Origin: Stegostoma tigrinum
Taxonomy: Eukaryota
Length of the DNA: 64,000 nt
Assembly (NCBI RefSeq): GCF_030684315.1
Contig: NC_081356.1
Coordinates: forward strand, 90,566,835-90,630,834
Reading direction: 5' to 3'
Positions within the stretch are counted from its first letter, which is position 1, and the number at the start of each line of letters is the position of its first letter. The position numbers and the translations under genes are program-made. Shown here in pieces: positions 1 to 12,090 of this stretch. The notes under the pieces were generated by a model that saw only the letters and a list, made by a program, of their open reading frames with translations, did no database searches and was not told where the DNA came from.

Positions 1-259
1 ATAGTCATAATTACTTCAACCTTTAACTTTGCTTTTAAAGTTCTTTAAACTTTTTATTGACATTTATTATCGGCTCTGGTCTGATGTCAGCTCCCATGGA
101 TTAGAACAGTGCTAAACCTGAGCCATCAATTGTTGCAAGAGAATGATGCAACTTTAGGACTAGTTATGAGCTGTACAACTGCTCCTAATCTTTAACTGCC
201 TGCACACACTATTGCTAAAGGCTTGATGTAGATTTGTTTTGAGCTCTTTAAAAAAATCT

Positions 260-480
260 TTCTTGTGGGGCTTCATTGCCAAGGCCAACATTTGCCAACC
301 AGTTGCCCTTGGTGGTTGTGAGTATTCCATCTCGTGTGAATGCTGAAAGGAATTGAGTTCCATGATTTCGATTCAGCAATAATGAAGGAACAGTGATGTA
401 GTGTCAAGTGAGGGTGGAGTATGGCTTTATAGGGCATAGAACGTAGAACAGTACAGGCCCTTTGGCCCAAGATGTAGTGC
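260..480 (-). mobile_element. Decayed LINE 3' remnants (CR1-type tail at about 436-480)
   Basis: CATAGAACGTAGAACAGTACAGGCCCTTTGGCCC matches the CR1-type tail also seen at 37370 and 61597. The upstream part resembles the LINE end at 45150-45340. Confidence 0.45.
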
Positions 481-789
481 GGAAATTTTACCCAAAAAAA
501 CCCTTTAACCCTTTTATCCTTTTAAAAGGAATTTTCACCCTGCTTGAGCTGATGTTGAGAATTCTGTGTCATTGAATGATGCTGAGAAGCATCCTCCCCA
601 CTCTCCACCTTGCCCCTACACTTGCAACACTTTCATGTGTGATTGGGATTCATTTTTGCCTACTCACCTCTCATCTCCCTGCCATTATGGTACCACAGAG
701 AGCTCAGTTCAGAAGGAAGTGATTTTATTTGTCATACGGTTTGATATTGAGCGTATTCTTGCCTAAACCGAATTACCTTTCCCATTGCT

Positions 790-3406
790 GTCAGAGATAA
801 TGGGAACTGCAGATGCTGGAGAATCCAAGATAACAAAGTGTGGAGCTGGATGAATACAGCAGGCCAAGCAGCATCTTAGGAGCACAAAAGCTGATGTTTC
901 GGGCCTAGACCCTTCATCAGAGAGGGGGATGGGGAGAAGGTTCTGAAATAAATAGGGAGAGAGGGGGAGGCGAACCGAAGATGGATAGAGGAGAAGATAG
1001 GTGGAGAGGAGAGTATAGGTGGGGAGGTGGGGAGGGGATAAGTCAGTCCGGGGAGGACAGACAGGTCAAGGAGGCGGGATGAGGTTAGTAGGTGGGAAAT
1101 GGAGGTGCGGCTTGAGGTGGGAGGAGGGGATAGGTGAGAGGAAGAACAGGTTAGGGAGGTGGGGATAAGCTGGGCTGGTTTTGGGATGCAGTGGGGGGAG
1201 GGGAGATTTTGAAGCTTGTGAAGCCAACATTGACACCATTGGGCTGCACGGTTCCCAAGCGGAATATGAGTTGCTGTTCCTGCAAACTTCGGGTGGCATC
1301 ATTGTGGCACTGCAGGAGGCCCAGGATGGGCATGTCGTCTAAGGAATGGGAGGGGGAGTTGAAATGGTTTGTGACTGGGAGGTGCAGTTGTTTATTGCGA
1401 TCCGAGCGGAGGTGTTCTGCAAAGCGGTTCCCAAGCCTCTGCTTGGTTTCCCCAATGTAGAGGAAGCCACAGTGGGTACAGTGGGTACTGTATACCATAT
1501 TGGTAGATGTGCAGGTGAACATCTGCCGAATATGGAAAGTCATCTTGGGGCCTGGGATGGGGGTGAGGGAGGAGGTGTGGGAGCAAGTGTAGCACTTCCT
1601 GCGGTTGCAGAGGAAGGTGCCGGGTGTGGTGTGGTTGGAGGGGAGTGTGGAGCAGACAAGGGTGTCCCAGAGAGACTGGTCTCTCCAGAAAGCGGACGAG
1701 GGTGGGGATGGAAAAATGTCTTGGGTGGTGGGGTCGGAGTGTAGATGTCGTAAGTGTCGGAGGATGATGCGTTGTATCCTGAGGTTGATGGGGTGGTGTG
1801 TGAGAACGAGGGGGATTCTCTTTTGGCCAGTATTGGAGGGGTGGGGTATGAGGGATGTGTTGCAGGAAATGCGGGAGACACGGTTGAGGGCGTTCTCGAC
1901 CACTGCAGCGGGGGGGGGGGGGAGGGGGGATGTTGCAGTCCTTGAAGAACGTGGACATCTGGGATGTGCGGGAGTGGAATGCCTCATCCTGGGAGCAGGT
2001 GCGGTGGAGGCGAAGGAATTGGGAACAGGGGATGGAATTTTTGCAGGAGGGTGGGTGGGAGGAGGTGTAGTCTAGGTAGCTGTGGGAGTCAGTGGGCTTG
2101 AAATAGACATCAGTTTCTAGCTGGTTGCCTAAGATGGAGACAGAGAGGTCCAGGAAGGTGAGGGATATGTTGGAGATGGCCCAGGTGAACTTAAGGTTGG
2201 GGTGGAAGGTGCTGGCGAAGTGGATGAACTGTTTGAGCTCCTCTTGGGTGCAAGAGGCGGTGCCGATACAGTCATCAATGTAATGGAGGAAGAGTTGGAG
2301 TTTGGGGCCAGTGTAGGCACGGAAGAGGGGCTGTTCCACATACCCTACAAAGAGGCAGGCATAGCTTGGGCCCATGCGGGTACCCATGGCCACCCCCTTT
2401 GTCTGTAGGAAGTGGGAGGAATTGAAAGAGAAGTTGTTGAGGGTGAGGGCGAGGCGGATGAGGGTGTCGGTGGAGGGGGACTAGTTGGGCCTGCGGGACA
2501 GGAAGAAGCAGAGGGCCTTGAGGCCATCTGCATGAGGAATGCAGGTGTACAGGAACTGGACGTCCATGGTGAAAATGAGGTGTTGGGGACCTTGGTCCAG
2601 GCACCCACCCCCCTTGGTCCAGGAACTCCCCACCTATGTCCGGGACACTACCCACGCCCTCCTCCAGAACTTCCAATTCCCTGGCCCCCAACACCTCATT
2701 TGACTTTCTATATCAAGCAGATGTTGACCTGCACATCTACCAATGTGGTATACTGTATCCACTGAACCCATTGTGGCTTTCTCTACATTGAGGCAACCAA
2801 GCGGAGGCTTGGGGACCACTTGCAGAACACCTCCGCTTGGTTCGCAATAAACAACTGCACCTCCCATTGCGAACCATTTCAACTCCCCCTCCCATTCCTT
2901 AGACGACATGCCCATCCTGGGCCTCCTGCAGTGCCACAATGGTGCCACCCGAAGGTTGCAGGAACAGCAACTCATATTCCGCTTGGGAACCCTGCAGCTC
3001 AATGGTATCAATGTGGACTTCACAAGCTTCAAGATCTCCCCTTTCCCCACTGCATCCAAAACCAGCCCAGCTCATCCACCTCCCTGGCCTGTTCTTCCTC
3101 TCACCTATCCCCTCCTCCCACCTCAAGCCGCACCTCAATTTCCCACCTACTAACCTCATCCTGCCTCCTTGACCTGTCCGTCCCCCCTGGACCAGCCTAT
3201 CCCCTCCTTACCTCTCCATCTATACTCTCTTCTCCGGCTATCTTCTCTCTATCCATCTTCGGTCCGCCTCCCCCTCTCTCCCTATTTATTTCAGAACCCT
3301 CTCCCCATCCCCCTCTCTGATGAAGGGTCTAGGCCTGAAACATCAGCTTCTGTGCTCCTAAGATGCTGCTTGACCTGCTGTGTTCATCCAGCTCCACACT
3401 TTGTTA
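790..3406. mobile_element. Penelope-like retroelement (family A): minus arm 790-2590 plus inverted, internally deleted plus arm 2591-3406, with 17-bp TSD
   Basis: RT and GIY-YIG coding remnants and inverted terminal arms. The direct repeat TTACCTTTCCCATTGCT lies at 773-789 and 3404-3420. Confidence 0.92.
1151..2590 (-). pseudogene. 5'-truncated PLE ORF: reverse transcriptase, Cys linker and GIY-YIG endonuclease
   Basis: RT motifs TMDVQFLYT, AMGTRMGPSYA and YIDD; linker CNRRKCYTC; endonuclease NMVYSTHCTHCGFLYIGETKQRLGNRFAEH. Frameshifts occur near the poly-G at 1910-1929 and around 2400-2450. Confidence 0.9.
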
Positions 3407-4929
3407 CCTTTCCCATTGCTTACAGCTTTAAAAATTTTCCGTGAAGATTTCTTTAACATTGCCTTCTGGCCTCCTCACCATTATGGGGATTCAACAGGAT
3501 CCAGAATCTCCATTACAGCAGGCTCCAAAGAAATTGAATTTTCTATTTGGCAATATCCCCACATTTGAAATATTTAAAAGTATCCACTTAAATCACAGAA
3601 TTGGGAAGGTTTCACTGAATAGTTACACAGATAAAGTTAGATTAGTAAATACCTATGCTGATCCCAAACAACTATACAACCGACTCTCAATTTACTGTTC
3701 CTGCCCTAAATTATATCTCCCATAAATTCTCAACAAACCCGTGACCCTGTCCAGACACCCCCTTTATCTCTGGAACCTGACAAACCTCATTCCCTTGAAC
3801 TGAAACTATAGCCACACTGCTAATTCTGACACCACTTAACCCACCGCTGAACTCAACCCCTCCTTCTTCTGCTCCAGACCAATGCCCACTTCTCCTGCTG
3901 TCAGACCTGAACCCCACAGCTGGCTAATGCCCTCAAGTCTGATGCTTTGTTCTCAGATCTGACAGCCCTCGACCCTGAGGAACCTTATACACACAAGGAT
4001 CTGATGCCCCCAAGATTTGACACCAACCCATTCTGCTCTCCCCGCCAGAGCCAGAATTGCCCAATGCCCTGTCCCAACCTGTCTTCTCCCAACTGTTGAA
4101 TACCATGAGGGACACGTCAAAATGGAAATATGGCTCTGCATTTCTGAAGGAGCTTCTGTTAGAAATGAGGAGCTCTGTTGTTTTGTAAAGGGAGGAATGA
4201 AATGCCAATCGGCATGAGATTGTGACTCCTCAGAAAATGCAGCCCAGAAATTGAAGCAGTTTAACAGTCACTCACAAGAATGTATTCCATATGTCTTCAT
4301 GTGGAAAAAGTCTTACTACCCTATCCTTTTCAAATTTGATTGCATCTTCGCACACAATCTTTTTTGGGGAATAGTAGCAAAGTGTTGGAAGGGTTGTAGG
4401 TTGATTATTAATCTGTCTGTATGATGTCATATTAGCCATCATAGAATGGTGGAGCAGATTCATTGGGTCAAATGGCGTAATTCTGCAGCCACGTCTTATG
4501 ACCTAATGGTCAAGGACACTTCTGTTGCCAACAACATTGGAGTGAGACCAGAATCTGGGGTTTCTGGCTTGAGAGACAATGTTGCTGCTTGCTGAGCCAC
4601 AATGTATCCAATTTACAAATTAGGGTGGAACAAAGCCGGAAATAGATTTGAAATCAAGATGAATAAGCTTATGGTTTATGTGTTAGGACATTGGGAACAA
4701 ATGGAGTCAGGAAATAAAGGGGTGATGGTTTCCAAAATGTATATGGAATTGACCTCTCCCTCAGAATTTTGGATTCAAGTCATCGTTGGATGAAGATGGT
4801 ACAATGAAGAAAACTTCTGAGAAAGTGATCTCTTAAACAAAGAATGAGTACAATGTGGGAGTTCAGAGCCTGGAGACAAGAAGGCAGCTGTGGCAACCAA
4901 CAAAAGTGACATATTAAACATGTCTGTGT

Positions 4930-5630
4930 CCAGAAAAATACATTAAATTTTACTTATATCTAATGTAAACAGTAAGACTTAAGTAGGTACAGCACTTTCA
5001 CAAATATTAGTGCTTGAACAGTTAAGTGATAGCTTGTACTGGAACATGCTAAATAGTTAAGTAAATGACAATTTTAATAGTACATAGCATCTGGTCTAAG
5101 GTTGTTGGGAGCCCAGTACAAGTAGAGTTAAAAGGTTCACTGCAGTTCAGTGCATATCACAATAAATGTCATCGAAGTTGAATGTATAGAGTAACAGTAT
5201 TTTCACACCACTATGTAGAAATTGTACAGTAATACACTCAACAGAAGTATAATGTTCCTGTATTCATTATATAATGTATTTTTTACAAGGTACAAGTCTA
5301 TGATATCCATTATTTAATACAATGCTTTTTGCAGAAAAATGACCAACAGTTCCACTGTCATTTAGTACACTCTAACTGTACACATCAGTGAAAATCTTAC
5401 CAAAAAATGAATGTGCAGTCATTTTGGAGAACTAACTGTCCACACTGTGACAAAACAAAATATTTTCTGACTTCATGGAGTTTCAAACTTCTCTTCATGA
5501 TTAAAAGGTTGTGCAAATTTCCTTTGTATATTTAGAGTTACAAATTGAACATTGTGAAAAAATTTGAAAGGCTGTAATTCCAATTAACCATGTCATTTTA
5601 TGAGGCATTGTTGTTTCTGTTTGCATCCTC
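4930..5630 (-). other. Putative terminal exon and 3'UTR of an unidentified minus-strand gene
   Basis: Acceptor ttaatttgacttatttctgcag (AG at 5632-5631). Phase-0 reading is EDANRNNNAS* (stop 5598-5600) and phase-1 reading is xGCKQKQQCLIK*. The following sequence is repeat-free and AU/UGUA-rich, with several conserved-family miRNA seed matches and ATTAAA/AGTAAA signals. Confidence 0.5.
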
Positions 5631-5902
5631 CTGCAGAAATAAGTCAAATTAAAGATCATTGAAGGGGAAAACTGATCAGCAGGTCAAAGGAGCAGATGCA
5701 CTCCAAGTTCAAACATTGACATTTAAGATTTGCTTGCAAAAGATAATGACTGCAAGCGGGTATTAATTATGCTGCTGGAGTTTTCCGAAATGGATTTGTA
5801 GAATTAGTAGATATCTATAATGTTGAAACATCTTCTGTTGTGCTTCTAATTGTTCTTTCTCTTCCCTCAAATTACATTGCCTCTTCATGGATGAAACCTT
5901 AC

Positions 5903-5929
5903 CAACTTTACAAGACATTAATATATTTT
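5903..5929 (-). CDS. Candidate 27-nt microexon
   Basis: ctttggcag|AAAATATATTAATGTCTTGTAAAGTTG|gtaagg; length is a multiple of 3. Confidence 0.2.
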
Positions 5930-6239
5930 CTGCCAAAGTTATTCAAAGGTTTACAAGTTAATACCAAGTGAAATTGGAAGAACAGTTTTCCACAACTGAC
6001 ACAACTTCCATCTTTAACATACCTTTTTCCACAGTTAACTTGACAATAAGTAAGTTGCACTGCTCTAAGCTAATTACCCTTGGCACTGTGTGGAGAAATC
6101 ACACCTCATCTTTTAGACATTGCTTTACCTTACCAAAGAGATTTTCTTTCCTTTTTGTTCCTCTCTTTTTGATTATAGAGAGCCTCTTAATCAAACTAAG
6201 CTCAGCTTCCATATCCCTGGGGCAGCATCTCTTAGCTCC

Positions 6240-6760
6240 CTGTCAAACTGCGTTGAAACACAATCAATCTTGTTCTTGTGCTCGGATGGCGGAAGTGCCA
6301 CAACATGAACAGTGTGCTGCTTTGCTCACGCCGTGAAGCCTGGGTGACAAAAGTTTTTACAAGAAGCTGACTGTACTTAGGGTTATGAATATGCAATGAC
6401 TCTCATTAGCATTGAAGCGGTGGAGCTAGGGCTGACACCCTGAGCCACTTTTAGTTGCTGCTGAATTGTATAATGAATTGTCTCTCTTTCAATCAAAATC
6501 TTTTCCGGCGTGACTCCCCTTCCAAAGGGAGTCGCCAGTCCAAGAATGCCAGTCCGCTGCAGAAATTAATTGCAGGCGCCCCAGTTGTTTTTGTTAAACA
6601 ACATTGCGACAGTGCTTCAAATGTCAAAATAGAAAGATATATTAACATTTTTGTGGGCTGGAGTGGAGGCAAATAAAACCACATGAAGGCAGTTAATGTG
6701 AAGGGCGACACAAAGCATCCACCAGCCCAGCTGTTGGTTTATTGTCGTTTTTTTGAATAG
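6240..6760. promoter_or_regulatory. Candidate conserved non-coding element
   Basis: Repeat-free and locally CpG-retaining. Overlapping YY1-like GATGGCGG (6285-6292) and ETS CGGAAGTG (6290-6297), plus Fox/Sox-like TGTTTTTGTTAAACAACA. Confidence 0.3.
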
Positions 6761-7017
6761 GACTGATTCCAGCAAGGTTACTCAAAACTAACTCTCAGTG
6801 TCTCCTCATTTGTTTCCATTCTGTTTTGACAAAACACCCTATTTTCTATCTTCCCAACTCAATTTAGAGCTAATTTGCAGTGATTTCATGCAAACATTAA
6901 AAATCTATTCTGTAACACATCGAAAAGAAAACTTCACCTTTAAAAATGTGTCTGCTCCTTTTATTTGTCTCCAAATTTTTACTTTCTTGGTATAACTCAG
7001 TGGTGAGCTTAACTCAC

Positions 7018-7030
7018 CCAATGACCTGCC
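7018..7030 (-). CDS. Candidate 13-nt microexon
   Basis: gtactgttgcag|GGCAGGTCATTGG|gtgagt; consensus donor with a modest acceptor. Confidence 0.2.
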
Positions 7031-7694
7031 CTGCAACAGTACATATTCCCATTGGTTGAAATAAAAGCGAAACAATCTATATGTGTTGAAGTTAAATATC
7101 AAACATGAGTCTAGTTTAAAATAAATGCAGTTCTGACAAAAGTGTCTCAAGTATCATACATCAAACACTTGTTACCTCTCTTGGCCTTTGTGATTGCACA
7201 TGACTGGAAACAAGTCAGTGATAAAATGTGAAGAAAGATGAAACCAATCCAACCCTTTTTAAAGATCATCAATCACTCGACGCAACCATGATATTATTAG
7301 TTCAAGTAAAGCCCTGCTCTTCCATTTTATGGACGTCATAAAAACCCCAGCTCCTTAGCTACCATGGGAATTTATTTTTATGGGAAATATCTTAGAACGA
7401 ACCAATCAGACCTGGTGATATAACAAGCTACTGAATAATTCAGAATCCTTCGCTATCCTGAATTTTCAACACATCCAGTGAGACGATGTTTAATTGGTAT
7501 ACATTTGTGTTTTTGAAACAAATTACCATAGACTGCTGGGAAAGCATATCAAATTAAAGTCCTGTTATTCCCCTTCTAATGTGTGTCATGATGATATGAA
7601 AACAAATAAAAACATTTTCTGTCAATATTTGAGCTTTTGTAGTTATTGTTCCAATTATTTTGGAATATTATCCACTACTGTCAACTATTAATAC

Positions 7695-8085
7695 ATTCTC
7701 ACCTCTGAGTCGCAAGCTTCTGGGTTCAAGTCCTACTTCAGGACTTTAGAGTAAAATTTGAGGCTGACATTCCAAGGCATTATTTAGGGAGTGCTACACG
7801 ATTAGATGCGCCATCTTTCAGACAAAAAATTAAATGCAGATCATGTCTATAAATTGTGCTTTATTGAAGAAGAGAAAAGGTGTTACATCTTGATATGGAT
7901 CAATATTTATTCTTGCATTAAATCACAAAGACAGCCTTTCTGGTCATAATCATATTACGGTTTGGGAGACCTTACTGTGGGTAAATTGATCACACCATGC
8001 CCTACATTCCAGTTATGACTATACTTCAAAACTATTTCATTGGCTATGTCCAAAAAAGTTGCTACATACATGCAGGTTCTTTTAA
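7695..8085 (+). mobile_element. DeuSINE (SacSINE1-like) tRNA-derived SINE, decayed
   Basis: B-box GGGTTCAAGTCC, Deu-domain-like core and 3' end ACTATACTTCAAAACTATTTCATTGGCT. A paralogous copy is at about 54800-55230. Confidence 0.7.
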
Positions 8086-10154
8086 AGAAGAAAATATTTT
8101 CTTCCCTGGACAAATGATAAACTTCATGGAAGTTATTCTATTCTAAACTCATTCTTTCTTGTGAAAATGTAATATGTAGTTCAGGGCAATACACTTTATC
8201 TATGTTCCTTACTGTCAACTTTCGCTGCTATTTTATTTGCCTTCCTGTCTCCCATTCCATCTTCAAAGGGTTGGTAGTATTCCAGGCATTGAGTATTAAT
8301 TGCTCGAGAGCTAATTGTTCACCAGATAGTTTTATGTCACCAGGAATTATATAGAATATCAAGAATAAAAGTGTCAAAAAGAGATAACTCCAATGAAGTG
8401 TATTCTTTTGCTATCATTCTGGATCTGAGTGTGGGAAGGAGTCAGGCCATAGGAACAGCTGAAAGCCAAGGTGACCTATTTAAAAAGAAGCACCTCAGTT
8501 CTCTGGGACTTTGTCCCGGTTTCTTTGCTAAAACATTAGGCATTCCAGGCCTCATATACGTTCACCTCCTCACACCCACATGCCAACATATGCCTCCCCA
8601 TCCACCTCCAGTGGCTCCTTATAGCCCCATCTACCAACTTAGAGCCAATTCATTCCAAGTCATGCCTCCACCTACTGCAGGGTTCACTGGTAGCCCATAT
8701 GCTAACAAAATGCAAGCCTACAGCTCCACCCACCATCTTTTTACAAAATACGTATATTCAAACCTCAGGAACCATGCTGAAGTGAAACAAGATAAACTTC
8801 TAAATATTGATTATAGCTTGCATTATTTAAAAATTTCTCATTTACAAAAGCCTATTCAATACAGTTAAACATCATCAAGTGTTTAATGCCTGAGCATAAC
8901 AAGCATTTAAATTTATAATCTCACATCCTTTGCAGAACTGTTAGTGCTATTCAACAGACAACTACTGAAACTATTAGAACAGATTGTATTCAACTTAAAG
9001 ACACAGGGAGGCAGTTTTCTTCACCCACCCCATTTCCCCAATTTCTAAAGGTTAGTTATATAAGCTGGAAGCTTGACATTTCCACTGATCTCTTCCGCCC
9101 TCTACCAGGAAGAATTTTTTTCTCAGTGCTCATTTAAAATAGCCCTGTTAACCATAACTTTCCTTCATATGTGAGCCATGTCCTGTGCCGATTCACCACT
9201 ATCCCCTACTCCCAAGAACAATAACACCAGTTGGAAATTGTGGTGGCATTTCCAGATCTAATCCTGCCTGACATTTTTAAAGGCTTGCAGATCTCTGCAA
9301 AACAATTAGAATCTTGGCAAATTTGTCTGTTTTCTGGATGAATAATTTTGTTCTTTCACATCACAGCTGTTTTAAAATCAAATCTAATCAAAAACAGTCA
9401 TATTCGAAACATCAATCTATTCCAACCAATCAATTCTTTGTATAAAAATGTACAGCACCATACTCAAAATTGGGAATATTTGTACAATTTACAGATAGCC
9501 TTTAATAAAGCTCACCACAAAGATTGCACATCCTCTGTGGGGAAAATGTCCTCTTTCCTGATATTCATTTAAACCTGCTACCTACTCAATGAGATCTTTA
9601 GCCATCCAGTGAAAGTGACATCATGAAGCAAGTAAACAGCGATTAAGTATACAGCCAGGCAACAGGCTAGAAATATTTAGATTAAGATTAACACAGCTAG
9701 ATTAAGAAAGTAGGAGAGAAACTTCGTTCAGTATAATGATCTTGCAGCATGAGGAATATCAACAATGCATGCTATGGATAAGAGTAGAATCATTGACAAT
9801 AATATCTGATTTTCCACATTCACTATGCATGTGCAGGCTCCAAAAGTTGTTGTCAATTTCAGAGGTGTAATTAAGGAAATTCTCTGTTAATTTTGCTGAT
9901 ATTATGACTTCAAAATCCAGGTATTTCACTGTCGAAACAGTGCAAATATGTGGCAATTTCATAAGTTTAAGTAAATGGACCATACTATTTATATCAAATA
10001 GTTCAGCAGAAAATAAAAGCAAGTGTACTCCACATCATGTGACATTTTGATATTCATTTCTAATTGCACAGTTTACATTGTTTGGGTTTTGAACCTTAAA
10101 TTTGCACCATTTTTCAGTACAGATGCAATGTATATAATGCTAAAGTTATGATAA

Positions 10155-10300
10155 CAATGTTTAAGAGGGATTTAGACAGGCATATGAACAAACAGGGAAT
10201 GGATGGATACTGACCATATGTTGACAGATGGGATTAGTTTAGAATGGCATCATGGTTGGCACAGACATGGAGGGCTGAAGAGCCTGTTTCTATGCTGCAG
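10155..10300 (+). mobile_element. CR1-type LINE 3' end
   Basis: TTTAAGAGGGATTTAGACAGGCATATGAAC...GGGCTGAAGAGCCTGTTTCTATGCTG is a typical CR1/HER1 3' terminus. Confidence 0.75.
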
Positions 10301-10399
10301 AACTGCACATATAGTAAAGATGATCCTGGCAATCTAAATTAACTGAGACTGAAATTCAGCTTTGATAGAGTGTAAAACAGTAAGTAACGGGTCACTCAC

Positions 10400-10423
10400 C
10401 CCTTATAAACCTAACGTTTCTTT
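10400..10423 (-). CDS. Candidate 24-nt microexon
   Basis: gttccgttctgttgaatttgatag|AAAGAAACGTTAGGTTTATAAGGG|gtgagt. Open in phase 1 (xRNVRFIR) and reads KETLGL* in phase 0. Confidence 0.3.
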
Positions 10424-11039
10424 CTATCAAATTCAACAGAACGGAACATTTAAACTGGTATATAATGGGCAGACAAGCCATTAACACCTACTTTTTATAT
10501 TGGTAAACTGAAATTTATCGAGGGAGAAAAACCAATGTTGATTAGCAGTTCTGTCTGATGCATACTTAATGTTTTCAGAGGCTGAGCTATTTAGATCTGT
10601 CAATAAGTTATATGGGGAAAAGTGGGAGGTTGGTGTTTAAGGAAATAAAATAATTAACATTTTTTTTTCTATATAGAAAACCTAAAAAAGCAGGATCATT
10701 TCTGTAGTCACTACTCCAGTGCAAGAAACATAAGTTCCTATTTACAAAACACCATGTTGGTTACAGCAATCAGAAGGAAACATCTTCCAACCACTTTGCC
10801 AGGGTAATGCTTCTCTATTAAATTTTTGAAAGGGCCACTGTTTAGAGAACTGCCACTAGACAGATCAATAAAATGTAGTTTTAAAACAGATGTGTTTTTT
10901 AATAGGCTGTGTTTTTTTTCCTGAAGAAGACTGCTTCTGCACTCTCGTGTACATTTTAGAGATGACCTTTCCTCCACTTAGCTGGTTCATCGCATTTTTG
11001 AATGACAACTCTTTGACTAGCATGAAGTATGACTTGTGA

Positions 11040-12090
11040 CCATTTTTCCAGGGTGAGGTGCACATCATGGAACTTGGGCTCCCAGCCATTTCCTGATTAT
11101 TTTCTGCTTCTGGGATGATCCAAATATCGTCTATACTGAAGACTGATACAAAATACCTGGTCAATTCATCTGTCATTGCTTTATTTTCCATTAACAATTC
11201 TTTACATTCACTTTCTATAGAACAAACACCTCGATGGTAAACTAATTTCTTTCTAAAACATTTACGGAAACTCTTACTGTCGGTTTTTATATTTATGGCA
11301 AGCTTTCTCTTGTATTATATGTTTTCCCATATAAACACATATATAGGGAATATATGCTTGAAGGGGAACTTGCGGGTGGTTGTGTTCCAAAGTATCTGCT
11401 GCTACTGCCCTTCTTGAAAGAAATGGTCATGGTTTTGAAAGGTGCTATCTTAGGAACCTTAGTAAAGAACTCTCACTCTGCATGCAAAGCAAGAGGGAAA
11501 CGAAATGATCACAAATTGACAGTAGCCACTGCTTCATGTGTTTGATGTTAGAGTGATAGAGTTTTTACAGGCAGCCCATAATGTACATGCCAGTCAACAA
11601 ATATCTATTTATTCTAATCTCAATTTCCAGCACTTGTCCCATAGCTTTGTTTCACGTGTTCATCTAAACAGCTTTAAATGTCTTGAGGGATTTTAAAGCA
11701 GCAACTTTCAGATAGCCACAGCTTTCTGATTGAAAAAGGTTTTCTGGAAACCTTCTGCTCCTTTCCTTAAAGTGTTCTCTTGGTTATTGACTGTCCATTA
11801 ATGGAAATTTTTCTCCTAACCTATCCGTTCTGTGTCCCTCTGAACATGTACACCTGAGTCAGATACCCCCTTAGCCATTTCTACTTGAAGGAAAATAATC
11901 TCTGCCATTATAGTCTTGCTTCATAGCTGAATTGCTCCAGCCCAGATAACATCTTGATGAATCTCCGCTGCCCACTCTCTCATCCAATTGCATCCTTCCT
12001 AGGCCTAACTAACATTATATATTGCTTTGTCAAAATTTCCTTGTTCTTATATTCAATGTCTTCACCAATAAAAGCAGGTATCCTACATTG
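11040..12090 (-). mobile_element. Decayed CR1/LINE fragments
   Basis: The ORF fragment LMENKAMTDELTRYFVSVFS is typical of CR1 ORF2. A CR1 3' part lies at about 11570-12090. Confidence 0.65.

Noticed and set aside
920-1210. G-rich/purine tract as an independent G-quadruplex element
   Set aside because: It is an intrinsic part of the PLE family A 3' region and repeats in every long copy.
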